Below are positions 9,663 to 16,371 of a stretch of 64,000 nt of DNA, piece after piece. The stretch is taken from contig DFOW01000001.1 of assembly GCA_002376885.1 (NCBI GenBank), positions 79,381-143,380 of the forward strand. Direction: 5' to 3'. The notes beneath the pieces are model-generated. The model was not told where the DNA came from. It saw only the letters and a list, made by a program, of their open reading frames with translations, and searched no databases. This DNA comes from Patescibacteria group bacterium UBA3531 (GTDB lineage: Bacteria; Patescibacteriota; Minisyncoccia; Phycocordibacterales; UBA3531). How positions within the stretch are numbered: position 1 is the stretch's first letter; each line of letters begins with the position of its first letter. Both the position numbers and the translations under genes were made by a program.

Positions 9663-9738
9663 CTCACATGAAATCGTATTGCACGAAGTGCGTTTGCGAC
9701 TGCAAACAATACCATTTCATGTGAGGGGCTACGGGCCC
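9661..9738. repeat. Hairpin element beside the tRNA 5' end. It has a 14-bp inverted repeat (ccctcacatgaaat / atttcatgtgaggg) with internal sub-hairpins, and is flanked by a 13-bp direct repeat of the tRNA 5' end (gagctacgggccc / gggctacgggccc).
   Basis: Read directly: IR at 9661..9674 and 9715..9728. Inner stems gtattg/caatac, gtttgc-gact-gcaaac, gcac-gaa-gtgc. DR at 9650..9662 and 9726..9738. Confidence 0.6.
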
Positions 9739-9741
9739 TAC

Positions 9742-9999
9742 TCAACCCGCGAGAGAATTATATATTCTTTTCTTCAGATGTGTAAAGGCTCCACTAAATC
9801 TCTTCAACTGCTTTTCTCTATACTTTGCATCAGAACGAGAGTTATAAGCTTCGTAATATACTAACTCAAAAGGAGCCTTACTTTTTGTTGATTTACTCTG
9901 TTTTGTATTATGTTCCTCAAAACGTCTTTTTAAATCATTGGTATAACCAATATAGAGACTTTCATCTGTCTTGCTCTTCAAGACATACACATAATACAT
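9742..9999 (-). CDS. GIY-YIG nuclease-superfamily small protein (UPF0213-like)
   Basis: MYYVYVLKSKTDESLYIGYTNDLKRRFEEHN fits the GIY-x10-YIG motif followed by the R...E...N core. Confidence 0.8.
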   Translation of the reverse strand: MYYVYVLKSKTDESLYIGYTNDLKRRFEEHNTKQSKSTKSKAPFELVYYEAYNSRSDAKYREKQLKRFSGAFTHLKKRIYNSLAG

Positions 10000-10020
10000 A
10001 AGGGCAGAAGAATTATACTG

Positions 10021-10977
10021 TTACTTCCTTAAATGCGCAAGGTCTAAAACATGACCTAAAAAGTCTTTAAAAGACGTCCCTGCGCTCCGCAGGGATTTAT
10101 GCACCAAAGAATCACGGTGGAGCCCCGGCAAGCTGTTTACCTCGAGCAAAAAAACTCCTCGTTTTGGATCAATAATGCAATCAACTCGAGAATAATGACG
10201 CAACCCTAACTTTTTGTGAGCTTGTGCTGCAATGTTTTTAACCATCCAATGCTCTTCTGACGAAAGATCTTCTGGAAAAGTAAGATTTGAAATCTGCTGT
10301 TTAGTTTCGTAATCAAGAATAGGTGTATTTTTTTGGATAACTACAGGCGGCAAAACATGAACCACCCCGTCCCCCTCAACTACAAGAGACGAGACTTCTT
10401 TCCCGTTTATATATTCCTCAACAAGTACAGAATCGCCATATTCAAGAGCCTCCTCTACTCCACGTCTAAGTTCTTCAAACGATCGCGCATAGGATACTCC
10501 AAGTGATGCCCCCTCCCTTGTTGGCTTAATTACCCATGGCGGGCTCACAGAATTAAAAATGTACCTGAGTGCATTTTCTATATCATCGTTTTTGTGGATT
10601 ATGGTTGCATGGGGAATTTTGAATCCATGTTTTTTAAAGTGGTCCCGCGCCAAATGCTTGTGTAATGAGAGCATACTTGGGAACCCTTGCGAGCCCGTAT
10701 ATGGCACTCCTAGAGATTCTAGTATGTGTTGTACTTTTCCATCTTCTCCATACCCGCCATGCAATGCATTAAAGATGATATCTACTTTTCGCGCAGCCTC
10801 TTCTGGAGAAACAGGGGCTCCATATACATGCCATGTTCCATCACGAGCCACAAAAATATCGAGTGTATCAAAGTCTTCAGGAATGTTTTTTAAAACATGT
10901 TGGCCAGAAAGAACAGAAATATCGTAAAGAGAACTTTTGCCCCCACGCAAAACACCAACTACTTTTCGATTAGCCAT
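10021..10977 (-). CDS. ddl: D-alanine--D-alanine ligase (ATP-grasp)
   Basis: N-terminal KVVGVLRGGKSSL, ATP-grasp central region and C-terminal EVNSLPGL motifs. Confidence 0.85.
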   Translation of the reverse strand: MANRKVVGVLRGGKSSLYDISVLSGQHVLKNIPEDFDTLDIFVARDGTWHVYGAPVSPEEAARKVDIIFNALHGGYGEDGKVQHILESLGVPYTGSQGFPSMLSLHKHLARDHFKKHGFKIPHATIIHKNDDIENALRYIFNSVSPPWVIKPTREGASLGVSYARSFEELRRGVEEALEYGDSVLVEEYINGKEVSSLVVEGDGVVHVLPPVVIQKNTPILDYETKQQISNLTFPEDLSSEEHWMVKNIAAQAHKKLGLRHYSRVDCIIDPKRGVFLLEVNSLPGLHRDSLVHKSLRSAGTSFKDFLGHVLDLAHLRK

Positions 10978-11030
10978 AAAAAGATTGTATCACAGAGAAG
11001 TTTTTACTTCGCAAATTAAAAGCTAAGAGC

Positions 11031-14000
11031 TTAGTAGACTTCCTTAATCTTCGCACGCGTCATAGGCCCCGCATACCCGTAAAAGGCATCTGTTGGGATA
11101 GCTAAGTTATGTCGCTCTTGGAACTTCCCGACAGCTCGTCTGGTTAAGGTTCCATAGTAGCCAGTGGTTAAGCCTTCAGGGTAGATGGTGGTGTCTTGAG
11201 CAAGGATTTGTTGGAGAAGTCTTGTTTGACTACTGGTGGTATTGAATCTAAAGGGTCCGGTAAGGTTTGTGGTACTGACGGTAAAGGTTTGATTGCCTGT
11301 TGGTGAGGTGTTTCCTTGGAGAATGTTACGTACGGTATCTAAGGTAGTTTGATCAACGTTGAATGAGGTGAGTAGGGTGATTATGGACGTGACTTGGGCG
11401 CTTGTTAAGCCTGAACCTGTGCTTGGTTGTGAGGGCTGGGATGGAGTTTGTGGCTGAGTTGGGGTGGTTGTTTGTTTCCTTGTTCCACCGCTGAAACTTG
11501 GTGGTAGTGATGCTACTGCTCCCGTACTTGTAGTGGTGTTTGTGGTGCCTCCGGTATTGGTGATGGTGGCAGTGTCACTCGTTGTGTCAGTTGACTCTTT
11601 GGTATCAGTGAAGGTGGCCGTCAAAATGGTTGAACCACTTGGCACATTGAGGGCCCCATCACTTCCTGATACAGAGCCAGTATTAATACTTGGTGATCCG
11701 GTGAAGATACCGGTAGCGTTTCCAGTTTCAGTAAGGGTAACAGTTTCGGTGTCACCATTTGAAAGAGATGCGGTAATGGTAAAGGAGTCAGTACTTGTGG
11801 CACTGGTATTAGCATCTCCATCTAAGACGGTGATAGTTGGGCTGTCACTGGTGGTATAGCCATCTTGGTTTAAACTCGTCGTTGATGACGCACTAATGTA
11901 TCCCGTTGATTCGTTTAAGTAACCTCCTAGGTTGGTGAAGGAGTTGAGAACCGTGGTAACCGCACTCGTTAAGAAGCTTGCCCCACCATCGAGGGCTAAG
12001 TTGTAGTACTGAAGGACGGGGATGGTGGTTTGGGTACTGGTTGCCTTGTAGGTCACGGTACCGGTACCGGGAGTAAAGGTTCCGTTGACGGTGAGAGGAG
12101 TACTTGAGGCAGTGGCATCCGTTAAGAAGAGATTGTTTGATCCGAGTGAAAGGGTTTCTCCACTTGCAATGGTTAAGCCAGAGCTTGTGGCATTTGATCC
12201 AAGGGTGAGGGATGCCGCAGCAGTTGTTGAGGCAACGGTGAGATCTCCCAGGTCAAAGGCTCCACTGTTGTCCGTGAAGGTGGTGGTGCCATCGATGGTG
12301 AATGCTTCTCCGTTTCGAGTGTAAGATCCTCCACTTCCAATGGTAATGTCTTCTCCGACCGTTAGGGTGACATTGTTCGTGTCTATGTCTAAGTCACCAT
12401 CGGTGATGGTGAGATTGTTATCGACATCAACGTTATTTGAGAAGATGACGTCATTGCTTCCTGAAGCTCCGGTATTGTTGAGGGTGAGGTTGTAGAAGGA
12501 GTCATTGATTTCAATGGTTTGGTCAGTTGAGCCCGTAAAGGCGACTGTCCCCGTCCCCACAAAAAACGAGTCTGCCGTATCAAAAGTAAAATTTCCGCCA
12601 AGATTAAGAGTATTTCCATTTAGTATTCTTATAATACCCGTTGTAGGAAAAAGATGAGCCTCTGTAACATTTCCATTTATTGTTACGGTACTATCTCCAG
12701 ACAAAACAATATCTCCATCATAAAAACTAGCGGCCCCAAGTTGCGCGTTGCCTTCAATAGTAAGGTCATTCCCATTAGTATCCAAGTCTAAGGTCTTTAC
12801 AAGCCCAGATCTAATTAAAAAATTACCACCAATTGTTGTACTACCCGTTAAAGATAGTACATTACTGGCTGCACCAGAGTTATTACCGAAAAGGGTATAA
12901 TCTTCAAACAGACCTCCCAAAACATTTAAAGACGTAACAACTGTTGGGACCGCATAATAAAAGTCCGTATTAGCCATTAGGACAGTTGAGTTAGATGTAT
13001 TCATGGTTCCTGCATTCAAATAAATTTCGGTATTAGTAAAATCTTTGTGCTCTGTTATTGTCCCAGAACCTGGAAAAAAAATGTTCGTTACATAAAAACT
13101 ATTGGAATCTCCTCCTCGAAGCTGTGTTTCCTTTGTGCTGGTTGCAATTTCAAGATTATAAAATGTTAAATCTGTACCATCGGAGGGTCCGTAATCAATT
13201 CGACCATCCCCGATAAGTTTTACCGTACTTGTGTCGGGGGTAAAAATTGGAGCACCCCAACTACTAAGAGCAGCATACCTTAAAAAAGAAGAGTCTATGG
13301 TTATGGTCTCGTCATTGGCATCAAGTTCTCCAAACGTTCCAATCACTAAATCGCCCGCCCCAACAAAACCCTGTTCATCATCTACAGTTAAACTTGCGTT
13401 AAGGTCAAGAATAGTTGTAATTTGACCGCCGCAGGAACTAATAAAAGACCCGTGCGGTTTTCCTATCGTGAGTCTTCCAACGGTGACTGCTGATGTTACC
13501 GTAACGGTAGTGGTAGATGTTACCGTGTCGTCACACAGGGTCACGTCATACGTATTATCGTTTGGTATGGCACCACAGCTCCAGTTACTAGTTGAATCAG
13601 CCCAATCGGCATTTCCTCCAACCCATGAGCACTCGACTTTAGTACTGTTTGTTGTGGTTGCATTAAAGAATGGCTCTATAGGAAGGGAATAGGTACTACT
13701 GTCTGTTGGTACTGTTTCTCCCTGAGAATCATCACCATACCCCATAGACACAGCCAATATTCCAGTAGCTGCCTCTGCTAGATTAAGTTCCAGTTGGGTT
13801 GTGCCAACAGTGGCAACACTCGATACTGTTTTAGGAATACCATTGTCTGTGACATAAAAACCTCCCGACCCACTTCCCGGAAGAATGGGTCCTGTGTCAT
13901 CAGTAAATGTTAAGGTGATGGTGTCTCTTGTTCCGTTTTCCTCTGCACTAACAAAACGAGGGCCGCGCCCATCATCGGACCCACTATAGTATTCTCCTTC

Positions 14001-15050
14001 AAGTGCTGCCCATATTCTATTCGCAGCTGTTTGTAGGTCTTCGTTTGTTGAAATATGTGATCCATCTGGTGTGGCCAGATCATAAAGGGAGCCGCCAGGA
14101 ACAACATTACTATTATCATTCCATGCATCAACTTGTGCTTCCCTTATGGCATTTTTTGCCTCGTCTGTAGCAGAAGCTGAGACCATACCCACCACAACTG
14201 TTTTTACTCCAAAGTCTGAGTTTATAGCAGAAACAAGTGCATCAAGAGAAGTATTATATGCTGTTGACGCTGCCTGGAAAGCAGAGTCCGATTCTCCCTG
14301 CCAAAAAATAACGGCCTTCACTCCCCCAACACCACCAGCGGTGTTTATTCGTCTTTGCATAGAACCATACAAAGTTGTTGTAGCAGAGTTTTGTGCCCAA
14401 CCGGAAATAAAAGATCCAGATTTTGCTGCCGGAATAAAAGCAACAGGTACCCCCTGATCGGCAAGAAAGCGGGTAGCAACAAGGGGCCACACAGAACCCC
14501 CAGGAAAAGTAGAATCATCACTCACACTATCAACCTGATTAGTACTATCGTCTGTCGGATCAGTAAGTTCTTTCCAATTATCGTCGTTTCCAAAAAGAGA
14601 TGCTGCGAGAGTTGAGTGGGAATAGCTTTGGTTATTATCCCCTTTTCCTACTCCATTGCTTTGCCCCGCAATCACAAAAATATCACCAATACCAATCGTA
14701 GTAGTTGAATTACTGGTGTCGGTATCATCAGTAAACCGCACTTCAAGTGTTCCCTGCCCCGCTGTTTGATTAGTAGTTGTCCCAGTAAAAGCACCTCCAC
14801 TAGGGGAAGCGTCAATAGTTGTCCAGGACCCCCCATTAAAACGCGCTTCAATTGCTGCCGGAGAACCAGTATACGTACCTGAAATAGGGATATCTGCCTG
14901 ATCAGAACCGTCGCGTTGGAAAACCTGATACGGAACAGGTGAAGTTATTGTAACCGTTTGTGCGTAAGAGAAACTAGGTAAAAAAAACACAAAAAAAGTG
15001 ACCGGAAGGATCAGGAATAGGCACTTTTTTTCTGGAATTATTTTTTCCAT
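11031..15050 (-). CDS. Giant secreted surface protein with an N-terminal SASA/SGNH-type carbohydrate esterase domain. It then has a Cys/Trp motif region, a beta-helix-like Thr-rich region and the shared C-terminal module with a putative peptidoglycan-binding domain.
   Basis: Signal peptide. Esterase blocks IAGQSNGVGKG (Ser nucleophile), VIFWQGESDS, TPDGSHIS. Motif CSWVGGNADWADSTSNWSCGAIP. The C-terminal 620 aa are near-identical to the 1..3939 protein. Confidence 0.8.
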   Translation of the reverse strand: MEKIIPEKKCLFLILPVTFFVFFLPSFSYAQTVTITSPVPYQVFQRDGSDQADIPISGTYTGSPAAIEARFNGGSWTTIDASPSGGAFTGTTTNQTAGQGTLEVRFTDDTDTSNSTTTIGIGDIFVIAGQSNGVGKGDNNQSYSHSTLAASLFGNDDNWKELTDPTDDSTNQVDSVSDDSTFPGGSVWPLVATRFLADQGVPVAFIPAAKSGSFISGWAQNSATTTLYGSMQRRINTAGGVGGVKAVIFWQGESDSAFQAASTAYNTSLDALVSAINSDFGVKTVVVGMVSASATDEAKNAIREAQVDAWNDNSNVVPGGSLYDLATPDGSHISTNEDLQTAANRIWAALEGEYYSGSDDGRGPRFVSAEENGTRDTITLTFTDDTGPILPGSGSGGFYVTDNGIPKTVSSVATVGTTQLELNLAEAATGILAVSMGYGDDSQGETVPTDSSTYSLPIEPFFNATTTNSTKVECSWVGGNADWADSTSNWSCGAIPNDNTYDVTLCDDTVTSTTTVTVTSAVTVGRLTIGKPHGSFISSCGGQITTILDLNASLTVDDEQGFVGAGDLVIGTFGELDANDETITIDSSFLRYAALSSWGAPIFTPDTSTVKLIGDGRIDYGPSDGTDLTFYNLEIATSTKETQLRGGDSNSFYVTNIFFPGSGTITEHKDFTNTEIYLNAGTMNTSNSTVLMANTDFYYAVPTVVTSLNVLGGLFEDYTLFGNNSGAASNVLSLTGSTTIGGNFLIRSGLVKTLDLDTNGNDLTIEGNAQLGAASFYDGDIVLSGDSTVTINGNVTEAHLFPTTGIIRILNGNTLNLGGNFTFDTADSFFVGTGTVAFTGSTDQTIEINDSFYNLTLNNTGASGSNDVIFSNNVDVDNNLTITDGDLDIDTNNVTLTVGEDITIGSGGSYTRNGEAFTIDGTTTFTDNSGAFDLGDLTVASTTAAASLTLGSNATSSGLTIASGETLSLGSNNLFLTDATASSTPLTVNGTFTPGTGTVTYKATSTQTTIPVLQYYNLALDGGASFLTSAVTTVLNSFTNLGGYLNESTGYISASSTTSLNQDGYTTSDSPTITVLDGDANTSATSTDSFTITASLSNGDTETVTLTETGNATGIFTGSPSINTGSVSGSDGALNVPSGSTILTATFTDTKESTDTTSDTATITNTGGTTNTTTSTGAVASLPPSFSGGTRKQTTTPTQPQTPSQPSQPSTGSGLTSAQVTSIITLLTSFNVDQTTLDTVRNILQGNTSPTGNQTFTVSTTNLTGPFRFNTTSSQTRLLQQILAQDTTIYPEGLTTGYYGTLTRRAVGKFQERHNLAIPTDAFYGYAGPMTRAKIKEVY

Positions 15051-15152
15051 TTTGAATGATTATAGCACAGGGTCGCATTATGCCTGTGGATATGCTATAA
15101 GGTTTCTAGATTTATAACCTATTGCCCTTCGTGGCTAGGAAAGGACAGTACC

Positions 15153-16295
15153 TTGAGACATCGAAGTCGAGTCATGTTTTTTATGGCCGTAGTGGTCATG
15201 ATGAACATCGGTGCAAACGATTGCCAGAACAACCAGGCACCGGTCCCCTCTCCGCTTCCTCAGCCTCTCATGACGATGCTTGCAGGAAACGATATGGAGG
15301 TTCGTGGGAACGACTGCCCTGTCACCTCGACATTTGTTGAGGCAAGCTGGAACGGAGGCCCTTGGATCTACGTCGGCTCATGCACCCTCGGTGAGTACGA
15401 AGGATTTCTGCCTCCCCAGGGGGCTGGCCATGGAATCCTCGCCATCCGAGACAACACAGGGCAGATCCTCCGAACGACACTTTCTGTCGGATGGGGTCTA
15501 CCGATCGAGATCACCGGCCAGTCGAATGCCACTGGCCTCATGGAAACCTTGATCAATGCGATCTCTTCGCTTGCTTCGGTATTCATGGTCGGCCACCAGA
15601 ACGAGGCCGAATCCATCAAGCACGCCGACGATCGCTTCACCGACCACGGCAATGGCTCTGCGTGGCCCCTCCTTGCAGATGAAATCATTGGACAGACAGG
15701 GCTTCCTGTCATGTTCATTTCTTCACCGGTGGGGGCAACATCAGTCAGCCAGTGGGTTCCTGGTGGGAATCTTCGCGAAAGGGCGAAGGATCTGAGAATG
15801 ACCGCAACGAATGATTGTTCGGCTGCAGACATCTTCTACCAGGGAGAGAACGAACCTGTATTCGCCTCTAATCCCACGATCGATCCCGAAACGGGTCTGA
15901 CTTTTGGCGAGCTGTGGCTCGCCTCAATCGGGGGAGATTTGAAGCAGTACTACAAGGGAGAGCTCTTCAAGATCGCAGACGATCACATGAATGCGGGGTG
16001 TGGAGGAACTCCGCTTGTCATCGTCCAGATTGGAGACAATACTGCCAACCAGAATCCAGGTATCCAGGGCTTCATCCAAGAGGTTCGGGACGCCCAGTAC
16101 GAGGCAGCAATCGAGCACCCCAACATCCACCTGGGAGCCTGTACTGCCGGTCTTCCGGTCCCTGACGGTCTCCACCTGGGCGATGATGCTCGAGAGGAAT
16201 TCGTTTCGCGACTCATGAAAGGCTTGGCGCCAGTGCTCTGGGGTGGGCCGGTTCCAACCGACGAAGAGCTTGGATGCACGCCTCCGCAAGTCTAG
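15153..16295 (+). CDS. SASA/SGNH-type carbohydrate esterase encoded in a high-GC island (homologous to the N-terminal domain of the adjacent giant protein)
   Basis: Blocks ITGQSNATG, SAWPLLADEIIGQTGLPVMFISSPVGATSVSQW, IFYQGENEP, VPDGLHLGDD. Strong G/C third-position bias. The start may instead be the Met at 15174. GC-rich terminator follows the stop. Confidence 0.7.
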   Translation: MRHRSRVMFFMAVVVMMNIGANDCQNNQAPVPSPLPQPLMTMLAGNDMEVRGNDCPVTSTFVEASWNGGPWIYVGSCTLGEYEGFLPPQGAGHGILAIRDNTGQILRTTLSVGWGLPIEITGQSNATGLMETLINAISSLASVFMVGHQNEAESIKHADDRFTDHGNGSAWPLLADEIIGQTGLPVMFISSPVGATSVSQWVPGGNLRERAKDLRMTATNDCSAADIFYQGENEPVFASNPTIDPETGLTFGELWLASIGGDLKQYYKGELFKIADDHMNAGCGGTPLVIVQIGDNTANQNPGIQGFIQEVRDAQYEAAIEHPNIHLGACTAGLPVPDGLHLGDDAREEFVSRLMKGLAPVLWGGPVPTDEELGCTPPQV

Positions 16296-16313
16296 CACTC
16301 GAACTTTTCACAA

Positions 16314-16346
16314 GGGCCACGTACTTCCGGTACGTGGCCCTTTTCG
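16314..16346. terminator. Intrinsic terminator hairpin gggccacgtac-ttccg-gtacgtggccc followed by a T-run, between the convergent esterase and giant-protein genes
   Basis: Perfect 11-bp GC-rich stem read directly, with ttttcgtt downstream. Confidence 0.6.
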
Positions 16347-16371
16347 TTCATATAGTTATATGTTTTTTCTC

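Noticed and set aside
15368-16298. Minus-strand ORFs 15368..15832, 15924..16298 and 15983..16279, plus-strand 15280..15552, 15491..15682, 15556..15795, 15914..16165, 15991..16218, and 15122..15340 straddling the esterase start
   Set aside because: They overlap the well-supported GC-rich SASA esterase gene on the opposite strand or in other frames. They are typical GC-rich open-frame artefacts.
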